In this document: positions 30,860 to 41,100 of the stretch, one piece after another
How the letters are laid out: every line of letters begins with the position of its first letter
How positions within the stretch are numbered: the first letter of the stretch is position 1
Origin: Actinomycetes bacterium
GTDB lineage: Bacteria > Actinomycetota > Acidimicrobiia > Acidimicrobiales > GCA-2861595
Length of the DNA stretch: 64,000 nucleotides
Assembly (NCBI GenBank): GCA_023264975.1
Contig: JAHFUS010000005.1
Span: 10,771 to 74,770 of the forward strand
Direction of reading: 5' to 3'
Notes under the pieces: model-generated
The model's input: the letters and a program-made list of their open reading frames with translations, nothing else
Database searches by the model: none
What the model was told of the DNA's origin: nothing
Program-made: the position numbers and the translations under genes

Positions 30860-30906
30860 CTTTCGAGTAAATAGGGTGTCGTTTTGACACCCTATTTACT
30901 CGAAAG
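30860..30906. promoter_or_regulatory. long perfect inverted repeat (21-bp stem, 5-nt loop) upstream of the nitrate reductase gene
   Basis: ctttcgagtaaatagggtgtc-gtttt-gacaccctatttactcgaaag; ends 11 nt before the annotated GTG start. Confidence 0.9.
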
Positions 30907-30919
30907 AGGGGGAGGGCGG

Positions 30920-32479
30920 TCATCGGCCGGAGAAGAAGCTGCCGGCGACCCGGAACGGGACGACGGTGACGTAGAAGAGGTAGCGGCCGGCCAGCTCGCC
31001 GAGGGCGGCGACGCCCAGAGCGGTGGCCAGGCGGCCACCGGCGGACGGGCCGGCGAGGGGGACGGTGAGCGTCCACGCCAGCAGCGCGACGGTGACGAAC
31101 ACGGCCGTCACCCGGGCGGCGAGGAGCGTCCTGAAACGGCCGGTGAGGAGGGTGGCGGTGCCCCGGTGCTGGCGGTCGGTGCGGCCCCGGACGGTGCGCA
31201 GGAGGTGGCGCACCGCACCCACCTGGACGGCACCGCCCATTGCGGCTGCGGCCATCAGGCCTGTGGTCAGTGACGGCGCCATCTCGGCCCGGTCGAGGCA
31301 CAGGGCGGCGAGGAGGGGACCGGTGGCGAGAGCAGCGGCGAAGAACTGCACCAGGGTCCGGCGGGAGTTCCATACCGGGCGGGCGGGCACGAGGTAGAGC
31401 CGACCGCTGGCATACACGCCGGCCGCGCCGGCCACCACGGTGCCGACGCCGAGGGCGAGGCGGGGGCCGAGGCCGACGTCGCCGCCCCATTCCCATGCCG
31501 CGGCGTAGGCGAGCGACGCGCCGGAGAAGGCGGACAGCAGGGCGACCTCCCGGCTGAGCCACGACGTGCGCCAGTTCCGCAATGCCTTGAAGGCGACGGC
31601 CGGCCGGCCCAGGTGGAACAGGGAGGCGGCCAGGGCGACGGCGCCGGCGAGGGCGGCGCCCACCGCGCCGCCGGCCAGACCGCCCCGGCCCGCTCCACCG
31701 GCTGCCTCGGCGACCACGGTGGAGGCGACCGTGCCGAGGGACAGCTGGGTGAGCAGGGTGAGGGCCACCAGGGGCCAGTGGGGGTCTTCTGGCTTCACCG
31801 AGTAATCGGTGGCCGCCACCAGGTCGGGGAGACCGGCGGGGGTGACGATGCGGGTGGTGGAAAGGGTGATGGACGCCGGGGGTAGGCCGGGGGCGTCGGC
31901 GGTCGCGTGGTCGGCCCGCCATTCGGCCACGTTCACCGGCTCGACAGTGATGGCCGACGTGGGGCAGGCCAGCACGCACGCCGGACTCTCGCCCTGCGAC
32001 AGCCGGGGCAGGCACATGTCGCACTTGGCTACGACCTTCGCCGCCTTGTCGTACACGGGAACCTCATAGGGGCAGTTCCAGATGCAGTACTGGCAGCCGA
32101 TGCACTCGGCTGCGTCGTGGCGCACGACGCCGTTCTGCAGCTTGGTGTAGGCCTGCGTGGGGCAGCCCGACAGGCAGGTGGGCTCCAGGCAGTGATTGCA
32201 CGCCATGGACAGGTTGAGGCGCCTGGTCGTGGGAAAGGCGCCCCCTTCAAGCTCGCCCACCCGCCGCCAGGCCTTGTCGACGGGCGTGGCGTTCTGCTCG
32301 GCGCAGGCGACCTCACAGGAGTGGCAGCCGACGCACGCGTCCATGGCGAAGCTGAAGCGGTACTGCTCGCCGGCGTCGAGGGGCAGCAGTCCTGGGCCGC
32401 GCTCGTCGATACCCGTGAGCTTCCGCAAGCGATCGGTGACCGGTGCGACCGTTGCATCCCGGTCCTCGAGGAGCGTCAA
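30920..32479 (-). CDS. 4Fe-4S ferredoxin (DmsB/NrfC-like) fused to DmsC-like membrane anchor
   Basis: CVGCHSCEVACAEQN, CNHCLEPTCLSGCPTQAY, CIGCQYCIWNCPYEVP, CDMCLPRLSQGESPACVLACPTSAI, then a multi-TM C-terminal half. Confidence 0.88.
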   Translation of the reverse strand: MTLLEDRDATVAPVTDRLRKLTGIDERGPGLLPLDAGEQYRFSFAMDACVGCHSCEVACAEQNATPVDKAWRRVGELEGGAFPTTRRLNLSMACNHCLEPTCLSGCPTQAYTKLQNGVVRHDAAECIGCQYCIWNCPYEVPVYDKAAKVVAKCDMCLPRLSQGESPACVLACPTSAITVEPVNVAEWRADHATADAPGLPPASITLSTTRIVTPAGLPDLVAATDYSVKPEDPHWPLVALTLLTQLSLGTVASTVVAEAAGGAGRGGLAGGAVGAALAGAVALAASLFHLGRPAVAFKALRNWRTSWLSREVALLSAFSGASLAYAAAWEWGGDVGLGPRLALGVGTVVAGAAGVYASGRLYLVPARPVWNSRRTLVQFFAAALATGPLLAALCLDRAEMAPSLTTGLMAAAAMGGAVQVGAVRHLLRTVRGRTDRQHRGTATLLTGRFRTLLAARVTAVFVTVALLAWTLTVPLAGPSAGGRLATALGVAALGELAGRYLFYVTVVPFRVAGSFFSGR

Positions 32480-32829
32480 GTGATCGCGACCTCGACCCTG
32501 CCATCGCGCTCACGGATCAGATGAACCGGGAGGGACACGGCGGGATCGTCGAGGCACGTACCCGTGCGCAGGTCGAAGCTCTGCTTGTACATCGGTGACG
32601 CGACCTTGGGCACATCGCCCTTCGAACCCACGATGCCGCGGGAGATCACGTTGGCGCCGCTGAACGGGTCGTGGTTCGAAAGGGCGAACAGCTCGTCGGT
32701 GGGCGAGACGCGGAACAACGCGACCTGCCGGCCGTCCACCAGGGCGCACGCGCCCCGGTCGGGGACGAGGTCGTCGAAGGCGCAGACGTCCTGCCAGGTG
32801 AGCGTGGCGGTATCGAGGATGGCTGTCAT
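32476..32829 (-). CDS. nirD: nitrite reductase small subunit NirD
   Basis: MTAILDTATLTWQDVCAFDDLVPDRGACALVDGRQVALFRVSPTDELFALSNHDPFSGANVISRGIVGSKGDVPKVASPMYKQSFDLRTG. Confidence 0.94.
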   Translation of the reverse strand: MTAILDTATLTWQDVCAFDDLVPDRGACALVDGRQVALFRVSPTDELFALSNHDPFSGANVISRGIVGSKGDVPKVASPMYKQSFDLRTGTCLDDPAVSLPVHLIRERDGRVEVAIT

Positions 32830-35384
32830 GAAGATCGGACCTCCTGCTTCTCGTGGGAGAAGGCGGGGCGGCGCTGGCCGCGTTCGGCGACGAAGACGAC
32901 GTTGGGGTCGGGCTCGTCGGAGTTCACGAAGGTGCGGAAGCGCGCCACCTTCTCGGGATCGTTGATGGTGGCTGCCCACTCGCACTCGTACTCGGCCACG
33001 TGGCGGTCCATCTCGGCGTCGAGCTCGGCACAGATGCCGAGGGCGTCGTCGAGGACCACCGCCTTGAGGTGGTCGAGGCCGCCCTCGAGCTTGTTGAGCC
33101 ACGTGGCCGTGCGCTCCAGGCGGTCGGCCGTGCGGATGTAGTACCCGAGGAAGCGGTCGATGGTGCGGATGAGGATGTCGTGGTCCACCCCTTCGACCAG
33201 CAGCTGGGCGTGCTGGGGGCGCATGCCGCCGTTGCCGCACACGTAGAGGTTCCAGCCCTGCTCCGTGGCGATGATGCCGAAGTCCTTGCTCTGAGCCTCG
33301 GCGCACTCGCGGGTGCAGCCGGAGACGGCCGACTTCAGCTTGTGGGGCGCCCGCAGTCCCCGGTACCGCAGCTCGATCTCGATGGCCAGGCTGGTGGAGT
33401 CCTGCACCCCGTAACGGCACCAGGTGGTACCGACGCACGACTTCACCGTGCGCAGCGCCTTGCCGTACGCGTGGCCCGACTCCATGCCGGCGTCGATGAG
33501 GCGGCTCCAGATCTCGGGCAGGTGGTCGACCCGGGCTCCGAGCAGGTCGATGCGCTGGCCGCCTGTGATCTTGCAGTAGAGGCCGTAGTCCTTGGCGACC
33601 TGGCCGATCACGATGAGCTGGTCGGGGGTGATCTCGCCACCCGGCACGCGGGGGATGACCGAGTAGGTGCCGTCGCGCTGGAGGTTGGCCAGGAAGTGGT
33701 CGTTGGTGTCCTGGAGGGGCGCCTGGGAGCGCTCGAGGATGTAGCCGCCTCCGACGCCCAGCGACGCGAACATCGACGCCACCGCCGGCTTGCACACCTC
33801 GCAGCCGAGGCCGCGGCCGTGGTCGGCCAGCACCTGGGAGAACGAGGTGAGGCGGTGCACGCGGACGATGTCGAACAGCTCGGCGCGGCTGTAGTCGAAG
33901 TGCTCGCACAGGTTGTTGCGGACCTCGATGCCCGCCTTGCGCAGCTCCAGCTTCAGCAGGTCGGTGACCACGGGGACGCAACCCCCACAGCCTGTTCCTG
34001 CCGCCGTGCACGCCTTCAGGGCGGGGACATCGACGGCCCCGCCCTGGACGGCGGCGCAGATGGCGCCCTTGCTCACGCTGTTGCACGAGCAGACCATGGC
34101 GGTGTCGGAGAGCGACTCGACGCCCATACCGACGGCGGCACCGTCGCCGGTGCGGACGGGCAGGACCAGCTCTTCGCAGTTGGGCGGAGTGGGCATGTCG
34201 CCCCGCACCATCTGCACGAGGGTCTGGTACATCGACGCGTCGCCCACGAGGATTCCGCCGAGCACCTGGGAGCCGTCGCCCGACAGAACAAGGCGCTTGT
34301 ACACGTTGGCCACCGGGTCGGAGAACACGATCGACTCGGCGCCCGGGGTGGCCGCGAACCCGTCGCCGAAGCTGGCCACGTCGATGCCCATGAGCTTCAA
34401 CTTGGTGGACAGGTCGGCCCCGCCGAAGGTGGACTCGCCGCCCAGGATGCGGTCGGCCACGACCCGGGCCATCTGGTAGCCCGGCGCCACCAGCCCCCAG
34501 ATGCGGCCCTCGGCCAGGGCGCACTCACCGATGGCGAAGATGCGGGGATCGCTGGTGCGGCAGGCCGCGTCCACCACCACGCCACCGCGCTCGCCCACCG
34601 CCAGACCGGCCTCCCGGGCCAGCTGGTCGCGGGGGCGGATGCCGGCCGAGAACACCACCAGGTCGACGGGAAGGTCGGCGTCGTCCTCGCCGGCGAAGCG
34701 CATGCCGCACACCCGCCCGTCCGGGCCCTCCAGGATCTCGGAGGTGGCAATGCCCGTGTGGACCGACACCCCCAGGTCCTCGATGCGCCGGCGCAGTGCA
34801 GAACCGCCGCCGTCGTCGACCTGCACCGGCATCAGGCGAGGGGCGAACTCGACCACGTGGGTCTCCAGGCCGAGGCTGCGCAGGGCGTTGGCCGCCTCCA
34901 GGCCGAGCAGGCCCCCGCCCACCACGGCGCCCACCCGCCGGCCCTGGGCGTCGGCCCGGATGGCCTCCAGGTCGTCGAGGGTCCGGTAGACGTGACATCC
35001 GGGCAGGTCCTTTCCGGGTACCGGGGGGACGAAGGGGTAGGAGCCGGTGGCCAGCACCAGGGCGTCGTAGGCGATCCTCGTACCCCGGGTGGACACGACC
35101 TTGCCGGCCTCGGTGTCGATGGAGGCGACGGCGTCGCCAACGTGGACCTCGAGACCGGCCGAGTCGAAGAACCCGGGCGCCACCAGTGACAGTTCCTCGG
35201 CCGACGTCCCGGTGAAGAACGAGCTGAGCCCGACCCGGTCGTAGGCGAGGCGGCCCTCTTCGCAGAAGGTGACGATGTCCCACTCGACGGTGGCGCCCCG
35301 CTCCACCAGCACCTCGAGCAGCTTCTGGCCAACCATGCCGTTGCCGGCGACCACGAGTGTGCGACGGGCGGTGTCCGTCGCCAT
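32826..35384 (-). CDS. nirB: NAD(P)H nitrite reductase large subunit NirB
   Basis: MATDTARRTLVVAGNGMVGQKLLEVL...; CSCNSVSKGAICAAV; CVGTTWCRYGVQDS and SGCTRECAEAQSKDFGIIATEQGW siroheme/Fe-S motifs; 853 codons. Confidence 0.95.
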   Translation of the reverse strand: MATDTARRTLVVAGNGMVGQKLLEVLVERGATVEWDIVTFCEEGRLAYDRVGLSSFFTGTSAEELSLVAPGFFDSAGLEVHVGDAVASIDTEAGKVVSTRGTRIAYDALVLATGSYPFVPPVPGKDLPGCHVYRTLDDLEAIRADAQGRRVGAVVGGGLLGLEAANALRSLGLETHVVEFAPRLMPVQVDDGGGSALRRRIEDLGVSVHTGIATSEILEGPDGRVCGMRFAGEDDADLPVDLVVFSAGIRPRDQLAREAGLAVGERGGVVVDAACRTSDPRIFAIGECALAEGRIWGLVAPGYQMARVVADRILGGESTFGGADLSTKLKLMGIDVASFGDGFAATPGAESIVFSDPVANVYKRLVLSGDGSQVLGGILVGDASMYQTLVQMVRGDMPTPPNCEELVLPVRTGDGAAVGMGVESLSDTAMVCSCNSVSKGAICAAVQGGAVDVPALKACTAAGTGCGGCVPVVTDLLKLELRKAGIEVRNNLCEHFDYSRAELFDIVRVHRLTSFSQVLADHGRGLGCEVCKPAVASMFASLGVGGGYILERSQAPLQDTNDHFLANLQRDGTYSVIPRVPGGEITPDQLIVIGQVAKDYGLYCKITGGQRIDLLGARVDHLPEIWSRLIDAGMESGHAYGKALRTVKSCVGTTWCRYGVQDSTSLAIEIELRYRGLRAPHKLKSAVSGCTRECAEAQSKDFGIIATEQGWNLYVCGNGGMRPQHAQLLVEGVDHDILIRTIDRFLGYYIRTADRLERTATWLNKLEGGLDHLKAVVLDDALGICAELDAEMDRHVAEYECEWAATINDPEKVARFRTFVNSDEPDPNVVFVAERGQRRPAFSHEKQEVRSS

Positions 35385-36601
35385 CAGATCGCCACCTCGA
35401 GGTCCCAGCTGGTGGCCCACACCCGCTGGCGCCGGTTGACGCAGAACGAGGCGATGCCGACGGCGGCGGCCACGACGGCGAAGCCGGCGGTGAAGGAGCC
35501 GGTGCTGCCCTTGAGGGACCCGAGGGCGAAGGGCAGGAGGAAGCCGCCCACGCCACCCGCGGCGCCGACCAGGCCGGTCATGGCGCCCATACGGCCCGGG
35601 AAGCGCTGCGGCACCAGCTGGAACACCGAACCGTTGCCCATGCCGAACGCGCCCATGGCGCCGAACAGGAGGAGGACGGTGACCGGCAGACCGGGCAGGG
35701 TGGCTATGCCGAGGAGGAGGAGCGCCGCGACGCCCAGCGCGGCAGCAAGGACGCGGGTGCCGCCCAGCCGGTCGGACAGCCACCCGCCGAGGGGACGGAG
35801 GAAGGAGCCGGCGGCGGCGCACAGAGCGGCGAACCCGCCGGCGGTCACCTTGGTGAGCCCGAAGCGGTCGACGAAGAAGATGGGCAGGTACCCGGCCAGC
35901 CCGACGAAGCCGCCGAACGTCACCAGGTAGAAGCTGCACAGCCACCGGGCGTCGCGGTCCTGCAGCAGCGAGAAGGGATTGTTCGACACACCAAGAGCGG
36001 ACACCGGCCGGGGCGGCTCCTTGGCCAGGACGGCGAACGCCAGCCAGGCCAGGCTGACGGGGATCGCCGCCAGGCCGAACACGCCGTGCCACCCGACGTG
36101 TTCGGCCAAACGGGGGGCTGCCAGTGCGGCTATCAGGGTCCCGGAGTTGCCGGCGCCCGCGATGCCCAGGGCCAGGCCCTGGTGCTCGGGCGGGTACCAG
36201 CGGCTGGCGAGGGGCAGGGCGACGGCGAAGCTGGCGCCGGCGATGCCGAGGAGCAGGCCGATGCCGATGACCTGCGAGTAGGTGCCGCCGCCCAGCCAAC
36301 CCCACGTCAGGGGCACGAGGGTCAGGCCCATGGTGACGAGGCCGGTGCGGCGAACGCCCACGCGGTCGGCCAGCGTGCCGAGCAGGAGGCGGCATGCCGA
36401 TCCGCCGAGCGGCGGCACCGCCACCATCAGGCCCTTCTGAGCGGCAGACAGGTGGAGGTCGGACCCGACGTAGGCGCCGAGGGCGCCGAGCAGGACCCAG
36501 ACCATGAACGAGATGTCGAAGTGCACCAGCGCCGCCACCAGGCTGGGCGTATGGCCGGCGTCGCGAAAACCTTTGATTGCCACCCGCTCAGGCTCTCGCA
36601 C
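35384..36601 (-). CDS. narK: NarK-type nitrate/nitrite MFS transporter
   Basis: LVAALVHFDISFMVWVLLGALGAYVGSDLHLSAAQKGLMVAVPPLGGSACRLLLGTLADRVG...GAGNSGTLIAALAAPRLAE. Confidence 0.93.
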   Translation of the reverse strand: MREPERVAIKGFRDAGHTPSLVAALVHFDISFMVWVLLGALGAYVGSDLHLSAAQKGLMVAVPPLGGSACRLLLGTLADRVGVRRTGLVTMGLTLVPLTWGWLGGGTYSQVIGIGLLLGIAGASFAVALPLASRWYPPEHQGLALGIAGAGNSGTLIAALAAPRLAEHVGWHGVFGLAAIPVSLAWLAFAVLAKEPPRPVSALGVSNNPFSLLQDRDARWLCSFYLVTFGGFVGLAGYLPIFFVDRFGLTKVTAGGFAALCAAAGSFLRPLGGWLSDRLGGTRVLAAALGVAALLLLGIATLPGLPVTVLLLFGAMGAFGMGNGSVFQLVPQRFPGRMGAMTGLVGAAGGVGGFLLPFALGSLKGSTGSFTAGFAVVAAAVGIASFCVNRRQRVWATSWDLEVAI

Positions 36602-36664
36602 CCCTGTGTTGCGCCGGTTGCCGTGGTGTCAACGCAAGACTACGAAGCGCTGACGGTCACTCCA

Positions 36665-36689
36665 GGGTGACGTGCGGGAATCGTCACCC
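36665..36689. promoter_or_regulatory. inverted repeat upstream of narK, candidate operator
   Basis: gggtgacg-tgcgggaat-cgtcaccc, 8-bp arms; further GTCAC half-site just upstream. Confidence 0.5.
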
Positions 36690-36796
36690 GCTGTTCACAG
36701 TGCCGGCGTCCAGCGGCTCGGGGCGCTCGGAACCCGCCTCCTGTCCCCATGGTGCTCTGTGTGCCGGCGCCCTGGGCGGGGCGGGGCCGGACTGCC

Positions 36797-37363
36797 TCAG
36801 GCAGGGACCAGCCCACCGCCGACCGGCTCGATGCCGAGGTCCCCGTAGGTCACCAGGGCGACGTAGGGGATGCCCTTGTCCTTGAAGTAGGAGGCGGCTA
36901 CCTCGCCGCGGTCCACGAGGGTGACGGCGGCGACCACCGTGGCGCCGGTGGCGACGATGGCGTCATGCGCCTTCTGGATCGAGCCGCCCGAGGTGACGGC
37001 GTCGTCCACCAGCACCACTCGGATGCCCGGTCCCACCTTCGCCCCCTCCACCAGCTTGCCGGTGCCACGGCCTTTTGGCTGCTTGCGCACCACGAACCAC
37101 TCGGCGCCCGACAGGATGGCGACGCCGTGGGCCAGATGGTCGGCGCCCATGGTGAGCCCGCCGACGGCGTCGAACGCGATGCCGTGCACCGCCTCGAGCA
37201 GGGCCCGGCATGCCACCTCCAGGTCGGCGCCACGGCTCAGGGCGGCCTTCCCGTCGACGAAGTCCCGGCTGGTCTGGCCCGAGGCCAGCACGACAGGCTC
37301 GGGAAGGTGGATCAGCCCGCGCTCGCGTACGGTGTCGACGACCTGCTGGCGGAGACTGCTCAT
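36797..37363 (-). CDS. pyrE: orotate phosphoribosyltransferase-like protein
   Basis: VLASGQTSRDFVDGKAALSR...GAEWFVVRKQPKGRGTGKLVEGAKVGPGIRVVLVDDAVTSGGSIQKA PRPP-binding motif. Confidence 0.88.
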   Translation of the reverse strand: MSSLRQQVVDTVRERGLIHLPEPVVLASGQTSRDFVDGKAALSRGADLEVACRALLEAVHGIAFDAVGGLTMGADHLAHGVAILSGAEWFVVRKQPKGRGTGKLVEGAKVGPGIRVVLVDDAVTSGGSIQKAHDAIVATGATVVAAVTLVDRGEVAASYFKDKGIPYVALVTYGDLGIEPVGGGLVPA

Positions 37364-37433
37364 GTGCTGCTCCTGTGTCGCGGTGGCCGGGCGGTAAGCC
37401 ATGGTTGCACGGCATGGCCGTCACCTATGGGCA

Positions 37434-37913
37434 TCAGGCCTCGCGCTCGGCCGCCTGCTTGAGGGCCGCCAGCGTGGTGCGGATGCCCTCCTCCATGTCG
37501 CCACGGCGGTCGGTGACGCCGGTGGTGGCCCGGGTGAGCAGCCGGGCGCCGGCGCCGAGGGCCTTGCGCATCTCGAACGACTCGGTGACGAGCGTGCCCC
37601 CGTCGACCGGTTCGAAGCGGTACCGCCACCAGGTGCCCGGCTTGCCCGTGCCGCCGGTGACGAAGACGAAGCTGCGGCCAGGTTCCGCTTCGGTGACCTC
37701 GCACGTGGTGGACCACTTGGACCGGCCCCGGCGGTTGTAGCCCTTGAACCGGGCGCCGACGACCGGGCCGGTGGCGCCGTCGAGCCATTCGCCCCGCTCG
37801 TTCTCCGGGCTCCAGTCGCCCATGCGCGTCACGTCGGTGACCATCGCCCACAACGTTTCCGGCGCCGCCCGCACGTTGATGCTGCCCTCGCCGGTCCGTC
37901 CGTCGTCGTTCAT
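37434..37913 (-). CDS. SRPBCC/polyketide-cyclase-like protein
   Basis: GSINVRAAPETLWAMVTDVTRMGDWSPENERGEWLDGATGPVVGARFKGYNR...TWWRYRFEPVDGGTLVTESFEM. Confidence 0.85.
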   Translation of the reverse strand: MNDDGRTGEGSINVRAAPETLWAMVTDVTRMGDWSPENERGEWLDGATGPVVGARFKGYNRRGRSKWSTTCEVTEAEPGRSFVFVTGGTGKPGTWWRYRFEPVDGGTLVTESFEMRKALGAGARLLTRATTGVTDRRGDMEEGIRTTLAALKQAAEREA

Positions 37914-38084
37914 GGCTTCCTCCGTTGCCGTTCGTCCCCATCATGGCCGACGGTGATTGCTCCGTCGCACCAGCGGGCAGAACGAAGCCCACCGGCGGTC
38001 GCCTCCCCAAGCTCGCGGGCTGACACGCAAACCCGGCGAGGCGACGACTGTCCGCCTCGCCGGGGGGACCGGCCTGCCGGCCGA

Positions 38085-38120
38085 GTTCCCGTAGGTACCT
38101 CCGTTCCCGTGGGTACCTCC
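38085..38120. repeat. two tandem copies of an about 18-nt unit
   Basis: gttcccgtaggtacctcc / gttcccgtgggtacctcc. Confidence 0.7.
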
Positions 38121-38169
38121 GCCGGGTGAGAATGCACACCCTGAATGGGAACCGGCCGACCTCCGGTCG

Positions 38170-41100
38170 ATGAGCGCCGACGATGGAACGGGTGAGCGAT
38201 CTGTGCGACGAGTCCTTCATCTTCACCGCTCACCTGGCGCTGCCCGCCACTGGACGGCGATCACCGCCGGTGTCGTCGCGGCACTTGCCGCCTCCACTGT
38301 GGCGGCCGTGGGAAGCGTGCCGGCCGGCGCTCAGTACGGCGGGAGGGCGACCGGGAAGCCCACAACGGGTCGCCTCTCCGCCCGCCTGGATGCACTGTCC
38401 CGGACGGCGGAGGGACGGGCGCCGAGAGCCGGTGTTCCGGGCTCCGACCTCCCGAGCGGCCGCAGCGGCGGGGTAAGGCGTCTCGACGACGGCAGAGTCG
38501 TCGTCGACGTAGACGTGTACGCCGACCGCATGCACGGGGCTCCAGAAGCGTTGGGCGCCATCGGTGACGTCCTGGCGGTGAGCGACACAAGCCTTCACAC
38601 GGTCACCATGGCGGTGGAGGCCGGCGAGCTCGACCGGCTGGCACAGCGCGACGCGGTCCGCTACGTGAACGAGGTCGTGACACCGGTGCAGCGGGGCTGC
38701 TCCCCCGGGATCTCCGAGGGGGACGGACAACTCAAGGCCGGGCCGGCCCGGTCGACCTACGGTGTCGACGGGACCGGCGTCCGTGTCGGCATCCTGTCGG
38801 ACTCGTTCGACCGGTCGCCCGCCGGTGCCGCCACCAGCCCCACTGCCGACATGGCGGCTGGCGATCTGCCCGGCGCCGCCAACCCGTGCGGCCGCCTCGC
38901 GCCGGTGAGTGTCCTCGCCGACGACGCGGTGGAGACGACCGACCGGCCCAACCAGGACGAGGGCCGGGCCATGGCCCAGATCGTCCACGACCTGGCTCCC
39001 GGCGCCAGCCTGTCGTTCGCCTCCGCAAACGTGAGCGAAACCGCCTTCGCCAACAACATCACCTCGCTCGTCAACGCCGGCGCCAAGGTGATCGTCGACG
39101 ACGTGGGCTACTTCAGCGAGCCCTTCTACCAGGACGGCCCGGTGGCGGTGGCCATCAACAACGCGCGGGCGGCGGGCGTGTCGTATGTCACTGCCGCAGG
39201 CAACGCCAACATCGTGGTCGGCGGTGCCGACGTGGGTTCCTACGAAGCGACGAGCTACCGCCCCACGCCGTGCCCGCCGCTCGTCACGGGCTACCTCGAC
39301 TGCCACTCGTTCACTCCCGCAGGCCCTGGCGACAGCACCTCCCGGATGGTTATCCCGGCCGGCAGGACCGTGACCCTCGATCTCCAGTGGGCGCAGCCGC
39401 GGGGCGGCGTGACCACCGATCTCGATGTTTGCATCCTCAACGCCGCAACTGGTGTGTTGCTGCGGTGCGCGGTAGACGACAACCCCGGCCCCGGCGGCAG
39501 CCAGCGTCCCTTCGAGCTGGCGTCGTACAAGAACACCACGGGCAGCTCCCAGGCCGTCGACGTGGTCGTGGCCCGCTACTCCGGCCCTGGTGCCCGGTTC
39601 AAGTGGGTCCACGGCGGCGATGCGCCGTCGAGCGTGGAGTACTCGGTGTCGTCCGGGGGCGACGTCTACGGGCCGACGGTCTTCGGGCACAGCGGAGCGG
39701 AGGGCGCCATCTCGATCGGCGCCGTCCCCTACAGCAACGCCGGCGTGGCGGAGCCGTACTCGTCGCGCGGGCCCGTGACCTACCTCTTCAACCCGGTGCC
39801 GAGCACCGCCGCGCTGGGGTCGCCCCTCGTATTGGCCAAGCCGGACGTCGCCGCGTCGGACTGCGGGCAGACGTCCTTCTTTCCGCCGCTCTCGGCCTCA
39901 CCCCACCGCTTCTGCGGGACCTCCGCCGCCGCACCGCACGCCGCCGGCGTCGTGGCGCTGCTGCTCAACGCCAGCACCACGCTCACGCCGGCGCAGGTTG
40001 CAGCCACGCTGCGGAACACGGCGGCGCCGGTCCCCGGGGCGCCCGCTTCGGCCGTCGGCACCGGACTGATCGATGCAGCCGCAGCGGTCGCATCTCTCGG
40101 CGTGCCGGTGAGCGACGTGTCGGCTTCGATCGCCGACGCGTCGGTGCTGGAAGGCGGCCCGGGGCTCACGGCCTCGCTGAGCTTCACCGTCACCCTGTCG
40201 GCCCCCAGCGCAGCCACCGTCACCCTCGGGTACGCCACGGCCGACGGGACGGCGACGGCGCCCGGCGACTACTCGTCCACCTCGGGCACGCTCGCCATAG
40301 CGCCCGGGCAGCGCAGCGCCACCATCGTCGTGCCGGTGGTGGGCGACGCCTCCGTCGAGGGGAACGAGACGCTCACCGTGCACCTCGGGAGCCCGGCCGC
40401 CGTCCCGCTGGCCGACGGCGTGGCGACCGGCACCATCGTGGACGACGAGCAGCGCAACGGCTACTGGCTCGTCGCCTCCGACGGTGGCATCTTCGCCTTC
40501 GGTGACGCCAGGTTCCTCGGCTCCACCGGCGCCATCCGCTTGGCCCAGCCCATCGTCGGGATGGCGCCGACCCCCTCCGGAAACGGGTATTGGTTGGTCG
40601 CGTCGGACGGCGGGATCTTCGCCTTCGGCGACGCCAGGTTCCTCGGGTCCACCGGCGCCGTCCGCCTGGCCCAGCCGATCGTCGGGATGGTGCCGACACC
40701 GTCCGGAAAGGGGTACTGGCTGGTCGCCGCCGACGGCGGCATCTTCGCCTTCGGTGACGCCCGGTTCCTCGGGTCCACCGGCGCCCTCAAGCTGAACCGG
40801 CCGATCGTGGCCATGGCGGCCACGCCGTCGGGCAACGGCTACTGGCTGGTCGCGTCGGACGGCGGGATCTTCGCCTTCGGCGACGCCGCCTTCCTCGGCT
40901 CGACGGGAGCCATCCGCCTGGCCCAGCCGATCGTGGGGATGGCGGCCACCCCGTCCGGCAGGGGGTACTGGCTGGTCGCCTCCGACGGCGGCATCTTCGC
41001 CTTCGGCGACGCCAGGTTCCTCGGTTCCACGGGCGCCATCAAGCTCAACCTACCCATCGTCGCCATGGCGCCGACGCGGTCGGGCAACGGCTACTGGCTC

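Noticed and set aside
28609-30870. 753-aa plus-strand ORF
   Set aside because: Mirror of the nitrate reductase gene with no recognisable domain.
32476-34524. 682-aa minus-strand ORF
   Set aside because: Only its last 118 codons (nirD) look real; the upstream part is an alternative frame of nirB.
32853-35189. 778-aa plus-strand ORF
   Set aside because: Antisense shadow of nirB.
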